A stretch of 64,000 bases of DNA from positions 3,776,001 through 3,840,000 of the forward strand of contig OZ243916.1 in the NCBI GenBank assembly GCA_965213675.1, written 5' to 3'. Source of the stretch: an uncultured Candidatus Binatia bacterium. GTDB taxonomy: Bacteria > Desulfobacterota > Binatia > UBA9968 > JAJDTQ01. Numbering within the stretch: position 1 is the first letter of the stretch; each line of letters starts with the position of its first letter. Below are positions 28,571 to 39,960 of the stretch, piece by piece. The translations under genes were made by a program, and so were the position numbers. Below the pieces are notes generated by a model. It was not told where the DNA came from and ran no database searches. It saw only the letters and a list, made by a program, of their open reading frames with translations.

Positions 28571-28803
28571 GTGCCTGCCGAAGAGGTGGGCTTGGTGGCC
28601 GTCGCCTTTCTCTTCCTGGGCTGCAGCACGACCTCGATGGCGTCTTCCGGACAGACGAGTTCGCACAGGAAACAGTTGACGCAGTACTTGTTGCCGAAGG
28701 GAAAAACCTTGTCTTTCTTGTTGGTGAAACGGAACACGTCGGCGCCGCAGTCGTAGACGCAGATGCCGCAGCCGTCGCACTTGTGGGGGTCCACTCGTAT
28801 CAT
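28567..28803 (-). CDS. 2x[4Fe-4S] ferredoxin (AprB-like)
   Basis: CDGCGICVYDC and CVNCFLCELVCP; ATGA overlap with flavoprotein. Confidence 0.9.
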   Translation of the reverse strand: MIRVDPHKCDGCGICVYDCGADVFRFTNKKDKVFPFGNKYCVNCFLCELVCPEDAIEVVLQPRKRKATATKPTSSAGT

Positions 28804-28934
28804 GCATCACCCGATGGTTGGTGCCGATGACCCGAACGCGGAAATCTTTATTTCTCGAGTCAGGATCTAATGAATCAAGGAATTTAATGAATCGAGGACC
28901 TGTTCTCAACAACCCGCGGTATTCTGGACGCGAT

Positions 28935-30653
28935 CTACCTGGACAGCGACGATCTCCGTGAGCCGGCGAAACCGAGGCTGAGCGTGATTACTGGGGCGAG
29001 GCCCGCGGCGACGATGGCGAGGGCGGGAAGCGCCGCCTGCTCGAAGGCCTCGTAGGAGGCGTACTCGTACACGTGGGTTGCCAGGGTATTGAAATTGAAG
29101 GGCCGCAGGATCAGGGTCATGGGCAGTTCCTTCATGGCGTCGACGAAGACCAGCATCGCGCCGGTCATGAGGCTGCCCTGCAGCAGCGGGAAATGGATGC
29201 GGGCGAGCACGCCTCCCGGACGCTGCCCCAGGGAGCGGGCGGCCGCGTCCATGTTGGGCGTGATCTTGGTGAGACCCGCTTCCACCGAACCGAACGACAG
29301 GGCGAGGAAACGCACGGTGCAGGCGAACACCAGGGCGTACAACGTGCCGCTGAAGATCAGCCCGGTGGCCGTGCCGAAGTAGTGGCGCATGAAACCGTCC
29401 ACGAGGTTGTCCAGCGCCGCCGCGGGTATCAATACCCCCACCGCCAGCACCACCCCCGGGATCGCGTAGCCGATGCTCGCCAGGCGCGTGGCCGTGCGCA
29501 CGAAGGGGGTTCCGGACAGGCGCGCGCCGTAGGCGAGGAAGAGCCCGCCGCAAAGGCACGCCAGCGCGGCCACGCTCGCCACCGCCACGCTGTTGAAGGC
29601 GAGACCCAAGGTGCTGACGTCCACCGCGGCTTCGCTGCCGATGGCGGAGACGCCCAGCAGCGTGGCGGGAACCGCGAAGCCCAGGGCCACCGGCATGGCG
29701 CAGGCGAGGAACGCCAGAACGCCGCGTGTGCCGTGGAGGCACGCAATGGGGTCGCGCCGGGGCGCGGCCTGACTGAACTGGAAACGCCGCCGCCCGCGGG
29801 CGCTGTGTTCCAGCGCGGCCATCACCAGCACCAGGATCAGCACCATGGAGGCCAACTGCGCGGCGGCCGGCGCATTGTTCATCCCGAACCACACGCGGTA
29901 GACGCCGATGGTCAGCGTCTGCACCGCGAAGTAGTCCACGGTGCCGAAGTCGTTGAGGGTCTCCATCAGCGCCAGCAGCACGCCCACCACGATGGCCGGT
30001 CGCGCCAGCGGCAGGCCCACGCGCCTGAAGCAGCTCCAGGTACCGGCCCCGAGACCGCGCGCGGCGTCCCACAGGTTTTGGGTTTGCTCGACGAAGGCCG
30101 ATCGCGCCAGCAGGTAGACGTAGGGGTAGAGGACCAGCGACATGAACGTCGCGGCGCCCCCCAGGGAACGGATCTCGGGGAACCAGTAGTCGTCCGGGCG
30201 GTGCCAGTCGAAGAGTTGGCGCAGGCCCGTCTGCACCGGACCGGCGAACTCGAGCAGGTCGGTGTAGGCGTAGGCCGCGATGTAGGAGGGCATGGCCAGC
30301 GGCAGCAGCAACGCCCACTGAAGGACGCGCCGGCCGGGAAATTCGAACAGGGTGACCAGCCACGCGGTGCTCACGCCGATGATCAGCACGCCCGCGCCCA
30401 CGCCGGTGATGAGGAGCAGGGTCTGGCCGATATAGGTTCCCAGCACGGTGGCGGCCAAGTGCTCCCACGCGTCCCCGCTGTTGCCCAGGGCGATGCTGAA
30501 CACGGCCAGCAAAGGGCTGAAAAACAGTGCCGTAAGGGCGAGGATTCCGAGGGTCCAGGCGTTGAGCCGGGGAGACCGGAAGCGGGGGCTTGGGTCGGAA
30601 ACGTGCAGCGTGGCCGAGGCCCCGTCGCCGGCGGTGATCCAGGTGTCCTGCAT
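28935..30653 (-). CDS. Fe3+ ABC transporter permease (FbpB/FutB-like)
   Basis: LPLAMPSYIAAY, LARPAI..LMETLNDFGTV, FVDAMKELPMTLILRPFNFNTLAT. Confidence 0.92.
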   Translation of the reverse strand: MQDTWITAGDGASATLHVSDPSPRFRSPRLNAWTLGILALTALFFSPLLAVFSIALGNSGDAWEHLAATVLGTYIGQTLLLITGVGAGVLIIGVSTAWLVTLFEFPGRRVLQWALLLPLAMPSYIAAYAYTDLLEFAGPVQTGLRQLFDWHRPDDYWFPEIRSLGGAATFMSLVLYPYVYLLARSAFVEQTQNLWDAARGLGAGTWSCFRRVGLPLARPAIVVGVLLALMETLNDFGTVDYFAVQTLTIGVYRVWFGMNNAPAAAQLASMVLILVLVMAALEHSARGRRRFQFSQAAPRRDPIACLHGTRGVLAFLACAMPVALGFAVPATLLGVSAIGSEAAVDVSTLGLAFNSVAVASVAALACLCGGLFLAYGARLSGTPFVRTATRLASIGYAIPGVVLAVGVLIPAAALDNLVDGFMRHYFGTATGLIFSGTLYALVFACTVRFLALSFGSVEAGLTKITPNMDAAARSLGQRPGGVLARIHFPLLQGSLMTGAMLVFVDAMKELPMTLILRPFNFNTLATHVYEYASYEAFEQAALPALAIVAAGLAPVITLSLGFAGSRRSSLSR

Positions 30654-30739
30654 CTGCTGGCTGCTCCGGCCGCGGCCGGCGTGATGCTGCGCGGTGCGGC
30701 CGAGGGCGCGACTGAAGCCCGCCCTGCGTCAGATGCGGG

Positions 30740-30768
30740 AGGCTAGCACAGGAAATCCCGTGACTCAA
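30740..30768 (-). promoter_or_regulatory. Putative sigma70 promoter of iron permease
   Basis: Minus strand TTGAGT-17bp-TAGCCT with extended TG. Confidence 0.45.
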
Positions 30769-30796
30769 ACCCTTGACGTTTGACTGATGGAACTTT

Positions 30797-32788
30797 TCAG
30801 GAGCCTGTCGCCGAACGCGTCTGTTTTGGCTCACTTGTGACGGCCATGCCGGCACGCGTTCCGGCCGCCCCCGCGTCCGCCTGCTCCGCCGCACGGGCAT
30901 CCCGGTCCAGGTAGGTGCCACCGGTCAGGACTTGCGCCAGCATGCGCTCCAGGCGCACGGAAGCGCCAGCCTCGGTTGGTCCGGGCACGACGTGGAGTTC
31001 CCTTGGAGCCGACCCCACGGTGAGTTCATCATAGCCCCAGCGGGCGAGCATGCTGGCGCAGGTGTCGGATTCCTGCACGTCGAGGACCGCGGCGACGCCC
31101 GCGGTGTCCGTCTCCACCGTGACCTCGGTCGGCCGCCCGAAGAGATTGTGGTCGCTGCTGAGGGCTTCCTGGTAGGCGCCAACGAAAAGCACCGCCAGGG
31201 CGTAGGATTCGTCCCATGGCAACGAGTGCAGCTCGAAGGTCGAGCGCGGTTCCTGGGGGTGTGAGAATTTGTTGATGACGCCGTCCGAGTCGCAGGTCAG
31301 GTCCGCCAGGACGGCCTTGAGAGCAGGCCTTTCCTTGAGCCGGCTGGTGGGCATGATGGGGAACAGCATGTCCAGGATCCAGCTATCCGGCAATGACTTG
31401 AAGATCGAGAAGTTGAACGCGTGCAACCGCGCGGCGATGCGTTCGAGCGCCGCCTTGTCCTCTCCGTCGAAGCGTCCGTGGCGGGCGTAGCGGCTCGCCA
31501 GCTCGACGATGCGGGCAAAGGCGGACTCCGCCTGAGCGCGCTGCTTGAGCGAGAGGAAACCCAGCGAGAAGGCGGACAGCATCTCGTCCTTCTTCTGGTA
31601 GGCGTCGTGCAGGTACTCGCGCCAGTTCTTGCTGTTGATTTCCACCACCATGTCGTTGAGCTCGTTGACGGCGTCCACGTTGGACGCGCGCGCCCGGGCG
31701 CGTCCGGGCTTCGGGCTCGTCTTGGGCTGTTCGAGGGGATCCACCAGCAGCGCCGCATGGTGCGTCACCAGGAACCGGCCAGCCTCGGTGACGATCCGCG
31801 GTTCCGCGATGCGCGCCCGTTCCAGCACTTCCTTGGTGGTGTAGATGATATCGTTGGCGTACTCCTGAACGTTGTAGTTGACGCTGGAATCCGCCGAGCT
31901 GTTGCTGCCGTCATAGTCCACTCCGAGACCGCCGCCCACGTCCAGCGTGTCCAGGGGGACCCCCAATTCCTTCAACTCCACGTAAAACCGCAGCGCTTCC
32001 TGGAGCGCCTGCTTGAAGTTGCGGATGTTGGTGATCTGCGAACCCAGGTGGAAGTGCAGCAGGCGCATCCGGTCCAGCAGCCTGCATTCCTTGAGCAGCC
32101 GGGTGCAGTCCAGCAGGTCCGACGCGGTCAAGCCGAACTTGGAGAGGTCGCCGGATGATTCCTCCCAGCGGCCCATGCCGCTGGCGTTGAGCTTGACCCG
32201 TGCGCCCAGGCGTGGGCACGGCAACCCCTTGGCGCGCAGCTCCGCGATGAGTTCGTATTCCCGCGGGCGCTCGAACACGACGACGATGTTGTAGCCGGCC
32301 GCTCCGGCCGCGGCCGCCAGTTCGAGGTAGGCGGAGTCCTTGTAGCCGTTGCAGATGATCGGACCGGCACTGTCGCGCAGCATGGCCAGGGCGATGCACA
32401 GCTCGGCCTTGGTGCCGACCTCGAGGCCCGCGCCGTAGGGCCTCCCGGCCGCGCAGATGCGCGCCACGGTGGCCTTGCGGCTGTTGACCTTGAGCGGATA
32501 CACGGAGGTGTAGGAGCCGCGGAAGTCGAAGGTTTCGATGGCCGTCCGGAACGCGCGTTGGAGGGTTTCCATCTGACGGTCGATGAGTTGCGGGAAGCGC
32601 ACCAGCAGCGGCGGCCGGACCCCTCGTCCACGCAAGCGGGTGACGAGTTCGTGCAGGTCGACCTTGCCCGCGTTGGCCGGATTCGTGATGACCTCCAGGT
32701 GACCCGCGTCGTTCACGTTCACGGAGCCTTCGCCCCAGGAACGCCAGTGTGCAAACGGATCACCGGCTTCCAATGGCAGTCTTTTCAT
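30797..32788 (-). CDS. speA: Biosynthetic arginine decarboxylase
   Basis: YPLKVN (PLP Lys), CNGYKD, SKFGL, HFHLGSQI, DVGGGLGVDYDG, DLTCDSDG, GAYQE..HNLFG. Confidence 0.93.
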   Translation of the reverse strand: MKRLPLEAGDPFAHWRSWGEGSVNVNDAGHLEVITNPANAGKVDLHELVTRLRGRGVRPPLLVRFPQLIDRQMETLQRAFRTAIETFDFRGSYTSVYPLKVNSRKATVARICAAGRPYGAGLEVGTKAELCIALAMLRDSAGPIICNGYKDSAYLELAAAAGAAGYNIVVVFERPREYELIAELRAKGLPCPRLGARVKLNASGMGRWEESSGDLSKFGLTASDLLDCTRLLKECRLLDRMRLLHFHLGSQITNIRNFKQALQEALRFYVELKELGVPLDTLDVGGGLGVDYDGSNSSADSSVNYNVQEYANDIIYTTKEVLERARIAEPRIVTEAGRFLVTHHAALLVDPLEQPKTSPKPGRARARASNVDAVNELNDMVVEINSKNWREYLHDAYQKKDEMLSAFSLGFLSLKQRAQAESAFARIVELASRYARHGRFDGEDKAALERIAARLHAFNFSIFKSLPDSWILDMLFPIMPTSRLKERPALKAVLADLTCDSDGVINKFSHPQEPRSTFELHSLPWDESYALAVLFVGAYQEALSSDHNLFGRPTEVTVETDTAGVAAVLDVQESDTCASMLARWGYDELTVGSAPRELHVVPGPTEAGASVRLERMLAQVLTGGTYLDRDARAAEQADAGAAGTRAGMAVTSEPKQTRSATGS

Positions 32789-32934
32789 CGTCCCGTGGTA
32801 CCCTCCTTATGGTCTTTCGCCGGATGCTTCATCGGCGTCCGGCCCTGCCTTGAGCCGCCCAAGCCATTCCCGCCCCCCAACGTCACATTCGCTTGCGCGG
32901 AACCAGTGAGAGAGGGGCAACAATGCGACGGGCG

Positions 32935-32943
32935 ATTATACCA
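32935..32943 (-). promoter_or_regulatory. Extended -10 promoter upstream of speA
   Basis: Minus strand TGGTATAAT about 145 bp before the start. Confidence 0.55.
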
Positions 32944-32977
32944 TAGTTCACGGCGATTCGTGGGAGGGAGGGACGAA

Positions 32978-35089
32978 TCAGCGCGCCAGGCGCAGGGGCA
33001 AGTCCGCTTCCGGCTCGGGCGCGTGTCGTTCGGCCAGGTAGGCGTAGATGGCCTCCTGGGCGTGCGTGCGCTCGTCGCCGTCCGCGGGACGGTAGCGGTT
33101 GCGCAGGTCCTTGTCCAGCACCCGCGCCTTGACGTTGTCGTTCCAGAGGATGTGAAGCAGGTCCTTGAACTGCTTCTTGAGCGCGGGGTCGTAGATGGGG
33201 CAGGCCACCTCGACGCGGTGGTCCACGTTGCGCTCCATCCAGTCGCCGGAGGCCAGGAACAGCTTCTCGTCGCCCCCGTTGGCGAAGGCCATGACTCGCG
33301 AATGTTCCAGGAAGCGATCAAGAATGGCCGTGGCCTGGATGCGCTCGCTTACACGCTTGACACCCGGAACCAGTGCGAACATTCCCCGCACCATGAGACG
33401 CACGTCGACGCCGGCCTCGCTCGCTTCGTAGAGCTTTCGGATCAGGCCGCGGTCTTCGAGGTTGTTGACCTTGAGGATGATTTGGGCGGGCAACCCCTTG
33501 CGGGCATTGCGGATCTCGGTGTCGATGAACCGCGTGAGCTTGCGCCGGGTGTCGTAGGGGGACACCAGCAGGTGCTTGAAGGTGGTGCGGCGGTAGTTGG
33601 ACTCGAGGAAGCTGAAGACCTGCTTCACCTCACCGGTGATGCGTTCGTCCACCGTGAACAGGCTGTCATCCGTGTACACGCGGGCGGTGGTTTCGTTGAA
33701 GTTCCCGCTGCTGACATTGGCGTAGAGCACGGTCTTGCGGTGCGAGATCCGGGAGATGAGGATCAGCTTGGCGTGGACCTTGAGGCCCGGCACGCCGTGG
33801 ATGACGCGTACCCCTTCCTCCTGCAGCCGTTCCGACCAGTAGACGTTGTCCGCTTCATCGAAACGCGCCTGCAGTTCCATGACCACCGTGACCTTCTTGC
33901 CGTTGCGGCAGGCGTTGATCAGCGCGTTGACGATCTTCGAGTTCCGCGCCACCCGGTACAGGGTCATCTTGATGGAACGCACCTTGGGGTCGATGGCCGC
34001 CTGCCGCAGGAACTCGATGAGATAGTCGAAGGTCTGGTACGGGTAGTGCACCAGGATGTCCTGGCGCCGGATGGCCTTGAAGAAAGTGGTGCCTGCGTCG
34101 ATTTGCCTGTGCGGCAGCGGCGGCAAGGGAGCCGCCGACAGCTCCTTCGGGCCGATGCGTGGGAAGCCCATGAAGTCCTTGAAGTTGTGATAACGTCCGC
34201 CCGGGATGAACGGTCCCGACTGATCGTCCAGCCTCATCTTGTCCTTCAGCAGCTTGAGCAGGCGCCGCGGGATCTGGTTGTCATGGATGAAGCGCACCGG
34301 CGCGCCGGACCGGCGCTGCTTGAGGCCCTTGGATATCTTTTCGATGTAGCTCTCGTACAGGTCGTCGTCCAGGTCGAGCTGGGCGTCGCGCGTCAGCTTG
34401 ATGGTGTAGGCTTCGAAGTGGTCGAACGGGAATATCGAGAAAATGTCCTTGAGGCAAAAGCGGATGACGTCGTCCAGCAGGATGACGTAGTGCCGGTCGC
34501 CTGCCTGCGGCAGGATGACGAAACGCGACAACGCGCCGGTGGGAATCTCGATCAGTGCGTACTCCGACCGCCGGGAGCCGCTGTTGTAGAGCCAGATGGC
34601 CAGGTAGATGGCCTGGTCCTTGAGCTGCGGAAACTCCTTCAGGTGATTGATCATCAACGGGATCAGGGTCGGGCGCAGCTTCTGCCGGTAGAACTCCTGG
34701 ATAAAGGACTGCTGATCCCGGTTAAGCTCCTTCTCCGTGATGATGGAGATGCCGTGGCGGCGCAACTCGTCGAGCATGTTCTGGTAGATGCTCTCGAAGT
34801 CGGCCTGCTGCTCCAGGACGATGGCATGGATCTCCTGCAGGATCCGCGCCGGATCGTCGCCCATCAGGCGCTGCGCGCCGGCACCCATCTGTTCCAGGCG
34901 CCGCAGGTGCGCCACGCGCACACGGAAGAACTCGTCCAGGTTGGAAGAAAAGATTCCGAGAAAGCTCAATCGCTCCAGCAGGGGCACCGACGGGTCCGAC
35001 GCTTCCTGCAGGACGCGGCCGTTGAACGCAAGCCAACTGATCTCCTTGTTTCGCAACGGCAGCGTGGATTTTGATTTCCGTCCGGGCAT
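32978..35089 (-). CDS. ppk1: Polyphosphate kinase 1
   Basis: EISWLAFNGRVLQEA, SNLDEFFRVRVA, HYPY, ELQARFDE, LKVHAK, RFLEHSR. Confidence 0.97.
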   Translation of the reverse strand: MPGRKSKSTLPLRNKEISWLAFNGRVLQEASDPSVPLLERLSFLGIFSSNLDEFFRVRVAHLRRLEQMGAGAQRLMGDDPARILQEIHAIVLEQQADFESIYQNMLDELRRHGISIITEKELNRDQQSFIQEFYRQKLRPTLIPLMINHLKEFPQLKDQAIYLAIWLYNSGSRRSEYALIEIPTGALSRFVILPQAGDRHYVILLDDVIRFCLKDIFSIFPFDHFEAYTIKLTRDAQLDLDDDLYESYIEKISKGLKQRRSGAPVRFIHDNQIPRRLLKLLKDKMRLDDQSGPFIPGGRYHNFKDFMGFPRIGPKELSAAPLPPLPHRQIDAGTTFFKAIRRQDILVHYPYQTFDYLIEFLRQAAIDPKVRSIKMTLYRVARNSKIVNALINACRNGKKVTVVMELQARFDEADNVYWSERLQEEGVRVIHGVPGLKVHAKLILISRISHRKTVLYANVSSGNFNETTARVYTDDSLFTVDERITGEVKQVFSFLESNYRRTTFKHLLVSPYDTRRKLTRFIDTEIRNARKGLPAQIILKVNNLEDRGLIRKLYEASEAGVDVRLMVRGMFALVPGVKRVSERIQATAILDRFLEHSRVMAFANGGDEKLFLASGDWMERNVDHRVEVACPIYDPALKKQFKDLLHILWNDNVKARVLDKDLRNRYRPADGDERTHAQEAIYAYLAERHAPEPEADLPLRLAR

Positions 35090-35176
35090 GGCAACACGAG
35101 AGACTACTACAACGAAAAGCTCTGCTCAATTGTGCCGGTACAGGCTTCGCGACGCGTGGTGGAAGGCGTCCGGACT

Positions 35177-36052
35177 CTATCCCACCGCTTCGGCGTGATA
35201 CCGCCGATCATAATAGGCGGCGAGGTCGGCGCCCTTGCCGGGCGGCAACTCGAACGAGACCCGGAGATCCAGCGGCACCTGCAATCCGTCGACGTGGAGT
35301 TCCGTGGCGGCGGGCAGGGAGGACAACTCCTTGGCCGCGCCCTCCTCGTCGAGTTCCAGGGCTTGGCGCAACACCCCGAGCGCCTCCGTCCGGTTGGCCG
35401 GATCGTTGCCCCACCGGGTGGCCTCGGCGAGGCACTTGAGGAAGTTTATCAGTTCCTGCCGGTGGGCCGCCGCCCACGCGGTGGTGATGGCGAAGACCCC
35501 GCCCGGGTAGTTCGGCAGCACTTCGCGGTAATCCGCGATGCGGCGCATGCCTGCCGCTTCCGCCCGCTGGTCCCAAGGCGGGTTCAGGATGCCGGCGAAG
35601 GTCTTGCCGCTTTTCATGGATTCGAAGCGCGGCCCGGTGGCGCCCACCGGGTCCAGTTCGTAGTCGCCGCGCTTCAGGTCCAGCCCGTGAGCCAGCAGGA
35701 TCCTCCGGAGCACCAGGGCATAGGCCGTGTCCACCGCGTCCACCGCCAGCAAGCGGCCGCGCAGATCCTCCCAGTCGCGGATTTCGGGACGCACGTACAC
35801 CGGCAGTCCCATGCGCTCGGACGCCTGCGCCACCGCGTGGATGTCCGCCCTCTCGCGTCCGGACCAGGCGAGCACGTTGTCGAAGGCCGTGGAGGCGACG
35901 TCGTAGGTCCCGTCGCTCAGGCCGCGCATCTGTTGTGTCGAGCTGCGGGTGATGGTGGTCTCTACTTCCAGGCCGTGGGCGGCAAGGATGCCGCGTTGGC
36001 GGCTGATGACCACTGCGGGGTTTTCTCCGAAGGTGATGAAGCGAATGAGCAT
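35177..36052 (-). CDS. NMT1/TauA-like ABC substrate-binding protein (no signal peptide seen)
   Basis: STAFDNV, DLRGRLLAVDAVDTAYAL, VGATGPRF. Confidence 0.75.
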   Translation of the reverse strand: MLIRFITFGENPAVVISRQRGILAAHGLEVETTITRSSTQQMRGLSDGTYDVASTAFDNVLAWSGRERADIHAVAQASERMGLPVYVRPEIRDWEDLRGRLLAVDAVDTAYALVLRRILLAHGLDLKRGDYELDPVGATGPRFESMKSGKTFAGILNPPWDQRAEAAGMRRIADYREVLPNYPGGVFAITTAWAAAHRQELINFLKCLAEATRWGNDPANRTEALGVLRQALELDEEGAAKELSSLPAATELHVDGLQVPLDLRVSFELPPGKGADLAAYYDRRYHAEAVG

Positions 36053-36225
36053 GCGGGCCTCCAGCGTGTGGGTCAGTCCATGGCGTGTTCGTACACGAAC
36101 CCGCCGGCAACCGCCAGCGCTTCCGGCGCGTCGGCCCGCGCCCGGAGAAGTGTGGGGCGGGCTCGCCCGCGCCGGAGAAGGGGCGGGCTCGCGGCCCGCC
36201 CCCCGGGGAAGAGAACTATTGAGAA

Positions 36226-37829
<1,604 letters not shown>

Positions 37830-37897
37830 TTTGTCCCCCGTTTGAAGTAATTTCCAAGCTCCGCCGTTCACAAGGCGGGCCGGATGCCCTTGGGAGA

Positions 37898-37914
37898 AGC
37901 AAATCAGGTGCCAA
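37898..37914 (-). promoter_or_regulatory. Sigma54 (-24/-12) promoter of amtB-glnK
   Basis: Minus strand TTGGCAC-CTGAT-TTGCT, matches TGGCAC-N5-TTGCW. Confidence 0.88.
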
Positions 37915-37998
37915 CACGGAAGATGCAAAGCCAAGGCTGGATTGACCGGCGGAGAAGGACGTTTACGCCCCGCCAGCGGCGGAACCCATCGCCGCGCC

Positions 37999-38015
37999 TG
38001 CACAACAAACGAGCA
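37999..38015. promoter_or_regulatory. NtrC-like enhancer site
   Basis: TGCAC-AACAAAC-GAGCA versus consensus TGCAC-N7-GTGCA, ~85 bp upstream of the -24 box. Confidence 0.6.
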
Positions 38016-38205
38016 GATGCACAACGAGCAGGCGGATGAAGATGACGGCCGGGAGCTTGCCCGAGTGGTCGAAGTGGGGGGATGACCCCGGACAGGGCGA
38101 CCGCGAGTGACCTCAACATGGACCGGGGCAACCGGTGCCGGTGCGATGGCCGCTCGCCCATACAGGCGCCGAAACAAATCCCGCAGCGGCGACTGGCGCA
38201 AGTTC

Positions 38206-39960
38206 CTAGCCGGCGCGGAGTCGTTTTCTCAGGTTCGCGTGCTGCTCCTTGATCCCGGCCGGGAGCCGGTCTTCGAACTTCTCGAGGAACTCCGACTGGC
38301 TGCGCAGGTTCGTGCGCCAGCCTTCCCGGTCCACGTGAAGGAGGCGGTTCAGGGCGCCGCTGGCGAGGTCCGCTCCGGCGCAGTCGATGCTCGAAGGCTT
38401 GGGCACGTAGCCGATGGGGGTCTCGTCCGCGCTGCCGCCATCGCGGGAGCGCTCGATGATCCACTGGAGCACGCGCAGGTTCTCGCCGAAGCCGGGCCAC
38501 AGGAAGCCGCCGCGCTCATCTCTCTGGAACCAGTTCACGCGGAAGATTTTGGGCGGATGGGTCAGTCGCTTGCCCATGGAGAGCCAGTGGTTCCAGTAGT
38601 CGCCCATGTTGTAGCCGCAGAACGGCAGCATGGCCATGGGATCGCGCCGCACCACGCCGACGGCCCCGGTGGCGGCCGCGGTGGTCTCCGACGCCAGGGT
38701 GGCGCCGAGGAAGGTGCCGTGGGCCCAGTCGAAGGATTGATAGACCAGCGGAACCAGCTTCTGGCGCCGGGCGCCGAAGAGAATGGCGCTTATGGGAACG
38801 CCCTGGGGGTTTTCGCGCTCGGGGGAAATGGACGGGCATTCGCTGGCCGGCACGGTGAAGCGGCTGTTGGGATGGGCCACGGGGCCCTCTCGGGTGAGGT
38901 GCCACGGACGCCCGCGCCAGTCGGTGACGCGCTCGGGCACCGGATCGTCGTGCCCCTCCCACCACACGCCCCCGTCGGGCTTGAGGCCCACGTTGGTGAA
39001 GATGGTGTTCTTCTGGATCGTGCGCATGGCGTTGAGGTTGGTCCTGGAGTTGGTCCCCGGAACCACCCCGAAGAACCCGGCTTCGGGATTCACCGCCCAC
39101 AGGCGTCCGTCGTCGCCCACCCGCAGCCACGCGATGTCGTCTCCGACAGTGAACACGCGCCAGCCCTTCATGGACGCAGGCGGCACCAGCATGGCGAGAT
39201 TGGTCTTGCCGCACGCGCTCGGCAAAGCGCCGCACACGTACGTGGTCTCCCCTTCCGGACTCTCGATGCCGACGATCATCATGTGCTCGGCGAGCCAGCC
39301 TTCGCGCTCGCCCAGGACGCTGGCGAGGCGCAGCGCCATGCACTTCTTGGCCAGCAGCGCGTTGCCGCCGTAGCCGGAACCTACGCTCCAGATGGCGTTG
39401 TCCTGCGGAAAGTGGCAGATGAAGCGCCGGTCGATGCTCAGGTCCGCCTTGGAGTGGAGCCCGCGGGTAAAGTCGCCGGAATCGCCGAGGTGGTCGAGGG
39501 CGACCTGGCCCATGCGCGTCATGGAGCCCATGCTGAGCGCCACGTAGACGCTGTCGGTCACCTCGATGCCCACTTTGCTGAAGGGGGAGCCCGCTGGCCC
39601 CATGAGGAAGGGAACGACGTACATGGTGCGACCGGCCATGGAGCCGTCGAAGATCACCCGGAGCCTGTCGTAGGCTTCGTCCGGCGCCATCCAGTTGTTG
39701 GAAGGGCCGGCGTCGTCGCGCTCGCGGGAACACACGAAGGTCAGGTGCTCCGTGCGCGCCACATCGTTGGAGGCGCTGCGGTGGAGGTAACAGCCCGGCA
39801 GGCTCTTCTGGTCCAGCGGGATCAGGTCGCCCTCGCGGATCGCCAGTTGTGTCAGCCGCTCCCGCTCTTCCGCTGAACCGTCGCACCAGACGACATCATC
39901 GGGGCGGCACATGGCCGCCGCTTCCTTGACGAACTTCCGAACAGCCTCGTTTACTTCCAT
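38206..39960 (-). CDS. pckG: Phosphoenolpyruvate carboxykinase (GTP)
   Basis: DVAR, GSGYGGNALL, WLAEHM, PSACGKTNLAM, VGDDIAW, HPNSRF, DPMAMLPFCGYN. Confidence 0.97.
   Translation of the reverse strand: MEVNEAVRKFVKEAAAMCRPDDVVWCDGSAEERERLTQLAIREGDLIPLDQKSLPGCYLHRSASNDVARTEHLTFVCSRERDDAGPSNNWMAPDEAYDRLRVIFDGSMAGRTMYVVPFLMGPAGSPFSKVGIEVTDSVYVALSMGSMTRMGQVALDHLGDSGDFTRGLHSKADLSIDRRFICHFPQDNAIWSVGSGYGGNALLAKKCMALRLASVLGEREGWLAEHMMIVGIESPEGETTYVCGALPSACGKTNLAMLVPPASMKGWRVFTVGDDIAWLRVGDDGRLWAVNPEAGFFGVVPGTNSRTNLNAMRTIQKNTIFTNVGLKPDGGVWWEGHDDPVPERVTDWRGRPWHLTREGPVAHPNSRFTVPASECPSISPERENPQGVPISAILFGARRQKLVPLVYQSFDWAHGTFLGATLASETTAAATGAVGVVRRDPMAMLPFCGYNMGDYWNHWLSMGKRLTHPPKIFRVNWFQRDERGGFLWPGFGENLRVLQWIIERSRDGGSADETPIGYVPKPSSIDCAGADLASGALNRLLHVDREGWRTNLRSQSEFLEKFEDRLPAGIKEQHANLRKRLRAG

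Noticed and set aside
26891-28803. Calling the pair aprBA (sulfate reduction) or sdhA
   Set aside because: AprA signature and SdhA covalent His are absent; no supporting neighbours
28861-28902. Tiny MITE CAGGATCT...AGGACCTG
   Set aside because: IR is short and imperfect and flanks match only 5 bp; kept only as a possible operator repeat
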